Source of the DNA: an uncultured Elusimicrobia bacterium
Lineage (GTDB): Bacteria > Elusimicrobiota > Elusimicrobia > Elusimicrobiales > UBA9959
Reading direction: 5' to 3'
Length of the DNA stretch: 64,000 nt
NCBI GenBank assembly: GCA_903879915.1
Contig: CAIRNJ010000102.1
Location: 13,200 to 77,199 of the forward strand
The notes beneath the pieces are model-generated. The model searched no databases and was not told where the DNA came from. It worked only from the letters and a program-made list of their open reading frames with translations. The position numbers were made by a program, and so were the translations under genes. This document shows positions 1 through 8,850 of the stretch, piece by piece; the first letter of the stretch is position 1, and the number at the start of each line of letters is the position of its first letter.

Positions 1-130
1 CGGCGGTGATCAGGACTTTCGCGCAGACCGCGGCGTCGGCGGCGGGCACGCCTATGCCTTTAAAAACGTCGCGTATAAAACGTTCCATAGTGTCGAACTT
101 CACCCACTTCGCGCCTTTTTCGATTTCCAT
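1..130 (-). CDS. 5' end of a gene that runs off the window. The N-terminus resembles Ldh_2-family (malate/L-lactate/sulfolactate-type) dehydrogenases.
   Basis: ATG at 130-128, two nt after the murG stop. My translation is MEIEKGAKWVKFDTMERFIRDVFKGIGVPAADAAVCAKVLITA, which fits the F..VF...GVP..DA...A..L..A pattern of Ldh_2 N-termini. Only 43 aa are visible. This is where murC would be expected, and it is not MurC-like. Confidence 0.35.
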   Translation of the reverse strand, partial: MEIEKGAKWVKFDTMERFIRDVFKGIGVPAADAAVCAKVLITA

Positions 131-131
131 T

Positions 132-1256
132 TTATTTTCTCCTGTATTTTTTCGTTCCGGCTTCAATAATATCGGCCAGCAGCCCGGCCGCTTTCAGGGC
201 GTCGGGGATGCCGGCTTCGGTGAACTTCGCCGCCATCCCCGCGGCGCGGGCCGGTTCGTCGATCAGTTCTTTAAGCCGCCTCGTCAGGCTGTCCTCGAAA
301 TCCGGGCCTTCCTCCAGGCAGACCGCGGCGCCCTTGTCCGCCAATACCAGGGCGTTCTCCTTCTGATGGCCGCCGGCCGAGGTGGGCAGCGGCACCAGCA
401 GCGCCGGCTTTTTCAGCAGGGCCAGCTCGGCCAACGTGCCGGCCCCCGAGCGGGCGATCACCAGGTCGGCCGCCGCGTACAGCCGCGGCATGTCCTCCCT
501 GTAGTCGAACACCTTCAGCCACGCCGTGCCGGACAGCCCGGCGGCGGCGTAGGCCGCTACTACGTCCGAAAAATTCTTCCGGCCGGTCACGTGGATAAGC
601 TGGAACCGCCCGTTCAGGGCCGCGGCGCTTTTTACCGCGGCCGTGTTAAGGCGGCGCGCGCCCTGGCTGCCGCCGAAGACCAGCACGGTCAGTTTCCCCG
701 GCGCCAGGCCCAGCGCGGCCAGGGCGGCGTCCTTTGCCGGCGCGGCCGCGAAGGCCGCCCGTACGGGAGTGCCGGCCAGGACGGACCGGGCGCTGAACGG
801 ATTGTTCCTTACAGGCAGGCCCAGCGCGGCCAGGTCGCAGAAAAAGCCGGCCAGGTAATTGCCCACCCCGAACTTGGCGTTGGATTCGTGTATGCAGGCG
901 GCCACTCCGGCCAGGCGCGCGGCCAGCAGCACCGGGAAAGCCACGTAGCTGCCGGTGCCCAGCACCGCCTCCGGGCGGAAGTCGGCCACTATGCGGCGCG
1001 CCAGGCACAGCGCTTTGAAGAACTTCAGCAGGAAAGCCGCGTGGGCGGCCGGGTTGAAAGAGCGCGGCAGGGAGGTCATGTCTATTTCGGCGTAAGGCAG
1101 GTCGGCCTCTTCCAGCGCGGGCCGCGCGATGTCGTCTTTTTTTACGATAAAAAGGACCTGCCAGCCGCGGGAGCGCAGTTCTGCCGCCAGGGCGAAGCCG
1201 GGATAAAAATGGCCGCCCGTTCCCCCCGCTGCTATGATCATGCGGCGTTTCAGCAT
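132..1256 (-). CDS. murG: UDP-N-acetylglucosamine:LPS/undecaprenyl-PP-MurNAc-pentapeptide GlcNAc transferase
   Basis: 374 aa. N-terminal IIAAGGTGGHFYPGFALA glycine-rich motif typical of MurG. Sits in dcw context and overlaps the ftsW stop by 7 nt. Confidence 0.9.
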   Translation of the reverse strand: MLKRRMIIAAGGTGGHFYPGFALAAELRSRGWQVLFIVKKDDIARPALEEADLPYAEIDMTSLPRSFNPAAHAAFLLKFFKALCLARRIVADFRPEAVLGTGSYVAFPVLLAARLAGVAACIHESNAKFGVGNYLAGFFCDLAALGLPVRNNPFSARSVLAGTPVRAAFAAAPAKDAALAALGLAPGKLTVLVFGGSQGARRLNTAAVKSAAALNGRFQLIHVTGRKNFSDVVAAYAAAGLSGTAWLKVFDYREDMPRLYAAADLVIARSGAGTLAELALLKKPALLVPLPTSAGGHQKENALVLADKGAAVCLEEGPDFEDSLTRRLKELIDEPARAAGMAAKFTEAGIPDALKAAGLLADIIEAGTKKYRRK

Positions 1257-2395
1257 CTTGTGGAGCTCCTGTGCGCGGAAATATTGAGAATTATGCCCGT
1301 CATGATCAGGGTTACCACTATCGACGAGCCGCCGTAGGAAAAGAACGGCAGCGGAATGCCCTTGGTGGGAATGAGGCCTATGGCCATGGACAGGTTAAAG
1401 AAAGCCTGGAGCGTTATCACCAGGGTAAGGCCGAGGGCGATCAGGGAGGTGTAAAGGCTGGGCGCGTTGGCGGCGATGCGCGCCCCCTTCACCAGCAGCG
1501 CCGTGAAAAGCCCCACTATCAGCAGGCCGCCGGCCAGCCCCATTTCTTCCGCCACTATGGGGAAAATAAAGTCGGTGTGCGCCTCGGGCAGGTACATCAG
1601 TTTGAGCTTCGAGGCGCCGAACCCCTTGCCGAACCAGCCGCCCGAGCCCACCGCGAACAGCGACTGCGTAAGCTGGTAGCCGGAGCCCGCGGAGTGCTCC
1701 AGCGGGGTCAGGAAGCTTTTGAGCCGCGCCAGGCGGTAGGGGCTGGTAAGTATGCCTATGACCACCACCAGCGCCCCGGCGGAGAGCGGCGCCAGGATGT
1801 AGCGCGGTTTTACCCCGGCGGCGCCGAAGAGGAACAGCATGACCGCGAAAAGCAGCGCGGGCGTGCCCAGGTCGGGCTCCGCCGCTATCAGGACCAGCAG
1901 CACGCAGACCGCGATGAAGGGCCTGACCAGCGTTCTCCAATCGGCCTGGATGGCGCTCATGTTCCGGTCGAAATGATCGGCCAGGTAAAGTATTATCGCG
2001 AGTTTCGCGAATTCGCTCATCTGCAGCTTCATGAAGCCCAGCGGTATCCAGCGCCTTACGTGGGCCACCGGCGGCATGAACAGCGTGATCAGCAGCAGCA
2101 GCGCCGTCAGCGCGAAGCCGGGCTTTATGGCGCGCCGCCATTTCTCAAGGTCGGTCCTGGTGAAATAGGCCGCCGCGGCCAGCCCTATGAGGATCCACTT
2201 CCCCTGCTGCAGGGTATAGTAAAAAGTTCCCCAGCCTTTGGTCTCTGTATAGATGGCGCTGGCCGAGAACAGCGAGACCAGGCCCAGCATCAGCAGGAAG
2301 CAGACTATGAAAAGGAACGGATAGTTGATGTACTTCAGGCTGCGGTTCGCGATATGGTTGTGCGAGGGTTTGTGGCGGCCGGATGAAAAATCCAT
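1250..2395 (-). CDS. ftsW: Lipid II flippase / SEDS peptidoglycan polymerase, FtsW/RodA/SpoVE family
   Basis: 381 aa multi-TM protein. C-terminal IGLIPTKGIPLPFFSYGGSS motif is characteristic of SEDS proteins. Lies between murD and murG. Confidence 0.85.
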   Translation of the reverse strand: MDFSSGRHKPSHNHIANRSLKYINYPFLFIVCFLLMLGLVSLFSASAIYTETKGWGTFYYTLQQGKWILIGLAAAAYFTRTDLEKWRRAIKPGFALTALLLLITLFMPPVAHVRRWIPLGFMKLQMSEFAKLAIILYLADHFDRNMSAIQADWRTLVRPFIAVCVLLVLIAAEPDLGTPALLFAVMLFLFGAAGVKPRYILAPLSAGALVVVIGILTSPYRLARLKSFLTPLEHSAGSGYQLTQSLFAVGSGGWFGKGFGASKLKLMYLPEAHTDFIFPIVAEEMGLAGGLLIVGLFTALLVKGARIAANAPSLYTSLIALGLTLVITLQAFFNLSMAIGLIPTKGIPLPFFSYGGSSIVVTLIMTGIILNISAHRSSTRC

Positions 2396-2429
2396 AGTTT
2401 TTAATAAGCGTCCCGGAACAGCTGCCCGC

Positions 2430-3797
2430 TTATTTAAGCGTTCTTACAAAAGCCTTGAACTTGCGGCCGCGGTCCTCGAAATCCCTGAACTGGTCGAAGG
2501 AGGCGCAGGCCGGCGAGAACAGCGCGGTTTCCCCCGCCGCGCCCAGCGCCAGGATACTGCGGCAGGCGTTCTCCATGGTGCCGGAGGTTATGACGGGGCA
2601 GCAGCCGGCCAGCTCGCGCTCTATGCGGGCCGCGCCCGTGCCTATGGTGAGCACCGCTTTCACCCTTTCCTTAATAAGGGGGGCCAGCGGCGCGTAAGGC
2701 GTGCCTTTGTCCGTGCCGCCCATTATCAGCCAGGCCGCTCTTTCGGGCGGCATGGCTTTTAGCGCCACCAGCGTGGAGTCGACGTTGGTGGCTTTGGAAT
2801 CGTTTATGAATTTAATGCCGCGCACCGTGCCGGCCGGCTCCAGCCTGTGCTCCACGCCTTTGAACGCGGCGAAGGCCTTCCTTATATGGGCCGGGGCCGC
2901 GCCGGCGGCCAGGGCCATCAGGCCGGCGCACATGGCGTTCTCCAGGTTGTGCGCGCCGGGCAGGGCCGGCGGCCGCGCCGAAAATGAAACCTTGCCGGCC
3001 TTAAAATAGATTTTACCGCCGCGCGTCCAGGCGTTCAGGCCTTTCGTGCCGCCGGCGGACGCGAAGAAAAGTTTTTTTGCCCGGCACTGCTTCGCGAGCT
3101 TAACGGTCCTGGGGTCGTTGCTGTTAAAAACGCAGACGTCCTCAGGGGTCTGGAATTTAAAGACCCTTTCTTTCGCCTTTACGTAGCCGGCCATCGTGCC
3201 GTGATGGTCTATATGGTCGGGCGTGATGTTGAGGATGCAGGAGACCGCGGGTTTTATGAACGAGCTGTCCTCCAGCTGGTAGCTGGAGAGCTCCATCACT
3301 ATCGCGTCGCCGGCCCGGGCCCCGGCGGCCGACCCCGCCGCGGGCACGCCCACGTTGCCGCAGACCAGCGCCCGGCCGGCGCCTTTCAGCGCCAGGGTCA
3401 TGATCTCGCCCAGCAGCGTGGTGGTGGTGGTTTTGCCGTTGGTGCCGGTCACCGCCAGCAGCGGCGCGCCGCCGGCGAAAGCCAGCGCTATCTCTATCTC
3501 GCTGAAAACGGGGATCTTTTTAGCTTTCAGCGCCGCTATCAGCGGGTTGGAATGCGGGAGCCCCGGGCTTTTGACGGCGAAAGCGCAGCCGTAAACGGCC
3601 CTGGTATGCCCGCCGGTCTCGGCGGTTACCCGGCGGGACAGGCCTTTAAGGCCCGCTTTCACCGCCGCGGCCTCTTTTTCTTCCGTAAGCAGCACTTCGA
3701 AGCCTTTGGCCGCCAGCAGGTTGGCGCAGGCCGCGCCCGACCTTCCGGCGCCTATGACCAGCGCTTTTTTGCCTTTATAAATACCAGGGTTGAACAT
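2430..3797 (-). CDS. murD: UDP-N-acetylmuramoylalanine--D-glutamate ligase
   Basis: 455 aa. N-terminal KKALVIGAGRSGAACANLL Rossmann-like segment and the Mur ligase P-loop AVTGTNGKTTTTTL. dcw position after mraY. Confidence 0.9.
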   Translation of the reverse strand: MFNPGIYKGKKALVIGAGRSGAACANLLAAKGFEVLLTEEKEAAAVKAGLKGLSRRVTAETGGHTRAVYGCAFAVKSPGLPHSNPLIAALKAKKIPVFSEIEIALAFAGGAPLLAVTGTNGKTTTTTLLGEIMTLALKGAGRALVCGNVGVPAAGSAAGARAGDAIVMELSSYQLEDSSFIKPAVSCILNITPDHIDHHGTMAGYVKAKERVFKFQTPEDVCVFNSNDPRTVKLAKQCRAKKLFFASAGGTKGLNAWTRGGKIYFKAGKVSFSARPPALPGAHNLENAMCAGLMALAAGAAPAHIRKAFAAFKGVEHRLEPAGTVRGIKFINDSKATNVDSTLVALKAMPPERAAWLIMGGTDKGTPYAPLAPLIKERVKAVLTIGTGAARIERELAGCCPVITSGTMENACRSILALGAAGETALFSPACASFDQFRDFEDRGRKFKAFVRTLK

Positions 3798-3812
3798 AAA
3801 GTTCCGGCAGCG

Positions 3813-4898
3813 TTACCGTATTTTCAGGGACGACAGCGCTATCAGCATCAGCATGATGCCGGCTATCCAGAAGCGCACCGTGACCTTCGACTCCGCTATG
3901 CCTTTAAGCTCGAAGTGATGATGGATGGGGGCCATCAGAAAAATGCGCTTTTTATTGCGCAGCTTGTACGACCCCATCTGCAGGATGACGGACAGCGTCT
4001 CCAGCAGGAAAATGCCGCCGGCCACGGGCAGCAGCAGCTCCTGCTTGGTGCAGATGGCCGCCACGCCGATGGTGCCGCCCAGGAACAGCGAGCTGGTGTC
4101 GCCCATGAACACTTCTGCCGGGTGCGCGTTGAACCACAGGAAACCCAGGCAGGAGCCGATCATGGCAGAAAGGAATACCGTCATCTCCCCCGCCCCTTCC
4201 ACGTAGATGATCTTGAAATAAGAGGCCAGCTTCATGTTGCCGGCCGAGTAGGCCAGGATGGCGAAGGTGAGGGCGGAGAACACTATGGTGCCCGCCGCCA
4301 GGCCGTCCAGCCCGTCGGTGAGGTTCACCGCGTTGGAGGAGCCGATTATTATGATCATCGCCAGGGCCGCGTAAATAAAGCCGAGGTGCAGGTACAGTTC
4401 CTTGGTGTAAGGAATGGAGAGCAGGGTGGCGTAAGCGGCGTTGGGCGGGTTGGCCGCCAGGTAGCCGGTGACCACCAGCGCGGCGAACAGCTGCAGCGAG
4501 AATTTGAAGGCCGAAGAGGCGCCGCGCGGATTCTTCTTCACCAGTTTGGTGTAGTCGTCCAGCCAGCCGGCGAAAGCCAGCACCACCGTGGTGAAGATCA
4601 GCAGCAGGATGAAGCGGTTGTCTATGCGTGCCCAGAGCAGGGTGGAGACCAGCAGCGTCATAAAAATAAGCAGGCCGCCCATGGTGGTGGTGCCCTGCTT
4701 CGCCAGGTGGGTCTGGGGGCCGTCGGTGCGCTGCACCTGCCCTATCTTGTAGGAGCGGAGCTTGGCTATCAGCCAGGGGCCCGCCAGCAGGCTGAGCAGG
4801 AAGGAGGTTATCAGCGCGCCGCCCGCCCTGAAGGTTATGTACTGGAAAACGTTGAGCGGGGTGAAGAATTCCTTGAAATAGTGCGCGTAGTAAAGCAT
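3813..4898 (-). CDS. mraY: Phospho-N-acetylmuramoyl-pentapeptide transferase
   Basis: 361 aa polytopic protein with MraY hallmarks (NAVNLTDGLDGLA, MGDTSSLFLGG, APIHHHFEL). AAGGAAC just upstream of the ATG could serve as the RBS. Confidence 0.95.
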   Translation of the reverse strand: MLYYAHYFKEFFTPLNVFQYITFRAGGALITSFLLSLLAGPWLIAKLRSYKIGQVQRTDGPQTHLAKQGTTTMGGLLIFMTLLVSTLLWARIDNRFILLLIFTTVVLAFAGWLDDYTKLVKKNPRGASSAFKFSLQLFAALVVTGYLAANPPNAAYATLLSIPYTKELYLHLGFIYAALAMIIIIGSSNAVNLTDGLDGLAAGTIVFSALTFAILAYSAGNMKLASYFKIIYVEGAGEMTVFLSAMIGSCLGFLWFNAHPAEVFMGDTSSLFLGGTIGVAAICTKQELLLPVAGGIFLLETLSVILQMGSYKLRNKKRIFLMAPIHHHFELKGIAESKVTVRFWIAGIMLMLIALSSLKIR

Positions 4899-4955
4899 AG
4901 GTTCCTTGGCGAAAAATGGTCAAGACCGGTCCGGCTGCGGCTGGCCCTGTCTATA

Positions 4956-4984
4956 TTTATATTTTATTACTTTTTTACCGTAAA
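4956..4984 (-). promoter_or_regulatory. Candidate sigma70-type promoter for mraY-murD-ftsW-murG
   Basis: The minus strand reads TTTACG-N17-TATAAA inside the only AT-rich stretch (about 4947-5000) between mraY and the divergent C11 gene. It lies about 50 nt upstream of the mraY ATG. Sequence pattern only. Confidence 0.3.
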
Positions 4985-5063
4985 ACATATTTCCCTAAAG
5001 GCCTATCGGCCTATCGCCCTAATTGCTCAGGCCCGCCCGCCCGGTGAGTATCATAATATACCA

Positions 5064-6356
5064 GTGAAAAAAACCGCTCTGCCCCCCGCTTTGCTGTTCA
5101 GCCTGGCTTTTTGCGCCGTGCCCGCGCGCGCGCAGCTTGAAGCGCTCACCGCCGCCGGCCTGCCGGCCGTAGCGGTCCCCGCCGCCGCCGAGCCCGGCCG
5201 CGCGGCCCAGGCCGAGTGGACGGTGCTCATTTACGTAAGCGCCCGCAATAACCTGGGCCTGGAAGCCATCAAGGACGTCAACGAAATGGAAGCCGCCGGC
5301 TCCACCGCTAAAGTTAACGTGGTGGCGGAGCTGGGGCGCATCAAGTGCGATCCCCCTTTCAACCCTTTTTCCAGCACGCAGGAACCGGTGCCGCCGCAGG
5401 CGGACTGGACCGGCTCGCGCCGCTTCCTGCTGGTGAAGGATACCGACCCGCTGAAGATAAATTCCCCGGTGCTGGCCCAGTATCCGGACGCCGACATGGG
5501 CGACTGGCGGCACCTGGCCGAATTCATAGCCTGGGGCAAGGCGGCTTACCCGGCGAAAAAATATATGCTGATAGTGGGCGGCCACGGCAGCGGCTGGCGC
5601 GGCGTAAAGCCCCCTCCCGGCGCGCCCAAGGGCATCGCCTACGATGACGTTTCAGGCAGCCATATCTCCCCCGCCGAGCTGGCGGAGGCTATAAAGGCCG
5701 GCGGCGGCGTGAACGTGTACGCCTCGGACGCCTGCCTGATGCAGACCATAGAAGTGATCTACGACCTGAAGGATTCCGCCGAGTATATCGTTGGCTCGCA
5801 GGAGGCCACGCCAGGCAGCGGCTATAACTACGAGGTTTTCCTGAACGCGCTGGCGGCGGCCCCCGGCGACGCCTTCGCCGCGGCGCAGCACGTAATGGCC
5901 GGTTTCTCCGGCTATTACGGCGGCCTTAAACAGTCGGTGACCATGTCCATAGTGCGCCCAGCTTACGCGGCTGAAATGGCCGGGAAAATGGACAGGTTCG
6001 CCCGGCTGGTGGCCGCTTCCCCCGCGGATATGAAGCTGTACCACGACAGGAAGTTCGGCCTGCGCTCCTACGACGACGAGGACGCCCGCGACCTGTACCA
6101 GCTGATGAAACTGTACTACGACAGCAGCCCCACGCCCGCCGTGAAAGAGGCGGCGCGGGACGTGATAGTGTTCCTGTCGGAAAAGCTGGTGGCGCGCAAC
6201 GACGCGGTGGGCTACAAATCCAAGGACTCCAACGGGCTTTCGGTCTACTTCCCCATCTTCTACATGAACTACAAGCCGAAGTACGAATACCTCTCCTTCT
6301 CCCGGGCCACCTACTGGGACGAAATGGTGAAAGCCGTAGTAGAATCAAAGAAATAA
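5064..6356 (+). CDS. Secreted clostripain-family (MEROPS C11) cysteine peptidase
   Basis: GTG start followed by a signal peptide (VKKTALPPALLFSLAFCAVPARA). C11-type motifs WTVLIYVSARNNL, catalytic-His context IVGGHGSGW and catalytic-Cys context YASDACLM. The upstream 3201-5063 part of the track ORF is an antisense shadow of murD/mraY. Confidence 0.75.
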   Translation: MKKTALPPALLFSLAFCAVPARAQLEALTAAGLPAVAVPAAAEPGRAAQAEWTVLIYVSARNNLGLEAIKDVNEMEAAGSTAKVNVVAELGRIKCDPPFNPFSSTQEPVPPQADWTGSRRFLLVKDTDPLKINSPVLAQYPDADMGDWRHLAEFIAWGKAAYPAKKYMLIVGGHGSGWRGVKPPPGAPKGIAYDDVSGSHISPAELAEAIKAGGGVNVYASDACLMQTIEVIYDLKDSAEYIVGSQEATPGSGYNYEVFLNALAAAPGDAFAAAQHVMAGFSGYYGGLKQSVTMSIVRPAYAAEMAGKMDRFARLVAASPADMKLYHDRKFGLRSYDDEDARDLYQLMKLYYDSSPTPAVKEAARDVIVFLSEKLVARNDAVGYKSKDSNGLSVYFPIFYMNYKPKYEYLSFSRATYWDEMVKAVVESKK

Positions 6357-6367
6357 AACTGCAGCCG

Positions 6368-8083
6368 CTATTCCTTCGCTCCTGAAGAGGGCGGGAAAAA
6401 GAACGCTGAAACGCTGCCCAGCTGCGGCTCGGTCTTCGCGCCGTCGGAATAGATGTAATAAGGGGCGCTGGTGTAGCCGTCCAGGTTGCGCAGCTTCACC
6501 AGCGCGGCGCGCTGCTCCTCGGTGAGCGTTCTGTTCACTTTGGCGAAGGCCATAGTGTAGTACCAGGAAACCTCTCCGTCCAGCTCGCCGTACCGGCGGC
6601 CCAGCGCTAGGACCTTTTCTTTGTCGGGCGCCTGGCCCGCCAGGTACTTGCGCAGCTCAACCGATATTTCCTGCCGCACTTTTATTATTTCCGCCATGGC
6701 CTTGCGCTGGAGGGGCAGCACCGCGTCCACGTGCCGGCGCTGCGCGGGCGTAAGCACCTCGCTGAGGAAGGCCTTGCCGCTGTCGCCGGTCACCGAGGTG
6801 CTGATGTCGAAGCTCTTCTTGCCCATGGCGGGCATGTCCTTCATGTAGAACCCGCCGAAGTAGGTGCCGTGCCGCTCGGGGCAGAAATACGTATCGGCCT
6901 TGACCGAGCCGGCGGTCCAGCTGAAGAACTCGCTCAGATAGGTCATGTAGGCCACGTTGAACATCTTGGGCTTGCCGCGGCCCGCCTCTTTGGCCTCGGT
7001 CTCGTCCAGCTCAGGCCAGGTGGCGAAATCGCCGAACTTCATTTTGGCGAAATAGGCCTTCTGTTCCGCGCTCAGCGACAGCCAGACCTTGGCCATTACC
7101 TCGGCGCGGCGGCGGCTGAGCTCGGCGTCCACTTCAAAGATCCTGCCGACGCTCCGCATTACCGCGGCCTTATTAAGGCCGGTGCTGCCCGAAGGCAGCT
7201 GCTCGTCCTTCTGCATGTGGAAAGCTTTTATGACCGGCAGGCGCAGTTTGGCCAGTGCTACCAGCTGCGGCTGCTGTTCCTCGGCCAGGTCTATGAACAG
7301 CTGCTTCTGTTCGGCCGTTAGGTTATGCGCCACGTTGCCGGCCACCCGGCTGAGGAAGATCGGGTTATGCCCTTTCTTGGCGGCGTCGATGTCGCGCATG
7401 TACTGGAAGCCGAAGAAATCGCACACCTTGCCCGGCGGGATGAACGTGGCCGCGCCGAAATCCCCGGTAAGGAAAGCCAGGCCGTTGAAGGCGATGGTGG
7501 TAAGCTGCGCGTTGTCCGAGACGGCCTGCTCGAGGTTATACCGGCTGCCGCCCTCCTTGCCGCCGCCTTTTCTTCCGGCGCCTCCGGGCCCCCCCTTGCC
7601 CTGGCTGCCCCGCATTCCTCTTTCGCCGTCTTCCGCGCCGGGCCTGTCCGGGGGCGGGTCCATCTGTTTAAGCATCTCGGGATCGAACCCGACGGAGATC
7701 AAAAGTTCGTCTTCAACTGGACCACCCTGCACGCCTATATCCCGCAGGGCCTTGTGTATGGCCTTGGCGTCTTCGGCCGACAAGGCCGAGGCGTCGTACT
7801 TCGAAACTATTTCCGCGGCGCCGGCTTTTTGTTCTTCGGTGATGGTCTGTGAGCCGCCGCGCTCCTGCCTGCTGTTCGCGTTCCTGGACGGCCTTTGCCC
7901 GGATCTCTGCCCGGTCCGCTGTCCCGGCCTCGGTCTCTGGTCCTGCCCTCGCGCCTGCCCCCGTTCCTGCCCCTGGTCCTGCTCCTGCCCCGCTCCCCTG
8001 CCTTCGTCGTCCTGGTCCTGAGCCCGGGCCAGCGGCCCGCCCAGAACCAGCATATAGATGGCCGCCGTTATTAAAAATTTCAT
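6368..8083 (-). CDS. Secreted protein: signal peptide, Gln/Arg/Gly/Asp-rich disordered region, short helical segment, then the uncharacterised X domain with LTXXQ-like motifs (paralogous to the centre of the 1253-aa protein)
   Basis: Start moved to ATG 8083 (MKFLITAAIYMLVLGGPLARAQ signal peptide, GGAGAA RBS 6 nt upstream). The C-terminal ~370 aa align by eye with aa 605-1023 of ORF 8851..12612. Shared blocks: YN[IL]..., FPPGKV.D[YF].GFQ[FY][LM]RD, GHNP.F, LPSG.TGL, FSW..G.V.AD.YFCPER.GTY.GGFY.KD.PAM. Confidence 0.7.
   Translation of the reverse strand: MKFLITAAIYMLVLGGPLARAQDQDDEGRGAGQEQDQGQERGQARGQDQRPRPGQRTGQRSGQRPSRNANSRQERGGSQTITEEQKAGAAEIVSKYDASALSAEDAKAIHKALRDIGVQGGPVEDELLISVGFDPEMLKQMDPPPDRPGAEDGERGMRGSQGKGGPGGAGRKGGGKEGGSRYNLEQAVSDNAQLTTIAFNGLAFLTGDFGAATFIPPGKVCDFFGFQYMRDIDAAKKGHNPIFLSRVAGNVAHNLTAEQKQLFIDLAEEQQPQLVALAKLRLPVIKAFHMQKDEQLPSGSTGLNKAAVMRSVGRIFEVDAELSRRRAEVMAKVWLSLSAEQKAYFAKMKFGDFATWPELDETEAKEAGRGKPKMFNVAYMTYLSEFFSWTAGSVKADTYFCPERHGTYFGGFYMKDMPAMGKKSFDISTSVTGDSGKAFLSEVLTPAQRRHVDAVLPLQRKAMAEIIKVRQEISVELRKYLAGQAPDKEKVLALGRRYGELDGEVSWYYTMAFAKVNRTLTEEQRAALVKLRNLDGYTSAPYYIYSDGAKTEPQLGSVSAFFFPPSSGAKE
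7853..8023 (-). repeat. Low-complexity coding repeat (QDQ/GQR/GQE-rich, about 57 aa)
   Basis: Encodes AQDQDDEGRGAGQEQDQGQERGQARGQDQRPRPGQRTGQRSGQRPSRNANSRQERGG. The DNA shows a cryptic cctg/ctgc periodicity. Confidence 0.6.
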
Positions 8084-8129
8084 AAAGTTCTCCGTTTCCG
8101 CTGCGCCGGGTCTGTCCGCTCTTAACCAC

Positions 8130-8157
8130 TTAAACCTCAGATAGCGTAAAAAGTTCC
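8130..8157 (-). promoter_or_regulatory. ECF-type promoter candidate, site B (upstream of the X-domain gene)
   Basis: The minus strand reads cGGAAC-TTTTTACGCTATCTGAG-GTTTAAg (N17 spacer). Intergenic, between the PEBP stop (8168) and ATG 8083. Same architecture as sites A, C and D. Confidence 0.45.
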
Positions 8158-8167
8158 GCAAGCTCCG

Positions 8168-8788
8168 TTACTGTCCTTCCCCCGGCGGCGGAGGCGGCGG
8201 CCCGTCCGCGCCGTCACTGCCCGGCTCCGTGAACCGCTCATAGATCACGCTGAATTCGGCTGAGCCGAGTATCAGCCCTTTCATGGCCGAGAGCAAAGTT
8301 TCCCGGTTTACTTTCTCCGGCTTAACAGTTATCCTCGGCGCAGCCGACAGCGCGTAGACGGTGTAGATATATTTCTTCGGCCCCGGGCCTTTCGAGTGCG
8401 GCGGCGCGTAGCCCGCCCGCCCGTTCACGCTGTTAGTTCCCAGTATCCCTACGCCTTTTACGTTCTTAGGCAGTTTCCTGGTTTTTGCAGGAATATCGTA
8501 AATTATCCAGTACCATTTGGTCTTGTCCGGCGCGATATGGTGCATGATCAGCGCGAAGCTCTTAGCTGCTTTCGGCGCGCCGCTCCATTCCAGCGGCAGC
8601 GTGGCGCTGGCCCCGTCGCCGGTATATTCCACGGGCAATTGGCCGCCGTCCTCTACGGCGGGGCTCCTGAGCACAAAACCGGCCGCGGAGCTTTTTTTCT
8701 CCGCGCCTTGCTCCGGCTGCGCCGGGGCGCCGCCCGGAAAGGACAGCGCCAGCAGCCCGCCCAGCGCTAAAATAATAAACCGTTCCAT
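8168..8788 (-). CDS. Secreted PEBP/YbhB-YbcL-like protein with a Pro-rich C-terminal tail
   Basis: Start moved to ATG 8788 (MERFIILALGGLLALS signal peptide, GGGAGG RBS). PEBP-like core: LPLEWSGAPKAAKSFALIMHH...KWYWIIYDIP...GYAPPHSKGPGPKKYIYTVYALS. Ends in GPPPPPPGEGQ. Confidence 0.7.
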   Translation of the reverse strand: MERFIILALGGLLALSFPGGAPAQPEQGAEKKSSAAGFVLRSPAVEDGGQLPVEYTGDGASATLPLEWSGAPKAAKSFALIMHHIAPDKTKWYWIIYDIPAKTRKLPKNVKGVGILGTNSVNGRAGYAPPHSKGPGPKKYIYTVYALSAAPRITVKPEKVNRETLLSAMKGLILGSAEFSVIYERFTEPGSDGADGPPPPPPGEGQ

Positions 8789-8802
8789 ATTTCCTCCCGA
8801 TA

Positions 8803-8830
8803 TTAAACAGCTTTGCCCGCAAAAAGTCCA
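8803..8830 (-). promoter_or_regulatory. ECF-type promoter candidate, site D (upstream of the stand-alone PEBP gene)
   Basis: The minus strand reads tTGGAC-TTTTTGCGGGCAAAGCT-GTTTAAt (N17). The -35 is imperfect (TGGAC). It lies only about 15 nt from the ATG, so the leader would be very short. Confidence 0.3.
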
Positions 8831-8850
8831 ACTGCCCGCCGCCCACTTTC

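Noticed and set aside
3797-3806. GGAAC (minus strand) overlapping the murD start region, as a possible fifth ECF promoter
   Set aside because: 17 nt downstream it has TATTTA, not GTT[TA][AT]A, and the motif lies across the murD start codon (cGGAACTTTATG). No gene start lies downstream of it.
3201-5063. 5' two-thirds of the 1051-aa plus-strand track ORF (3201..6356)
   Set aside because: This part is antisense to murD and mraY and translates to Arg/Gly/Ala/Gln-rich low-complexity sequence. A recognisable signal peptide and the C11 peptidase domain begin only at GTG 5064, so only 5064-6356 is called.
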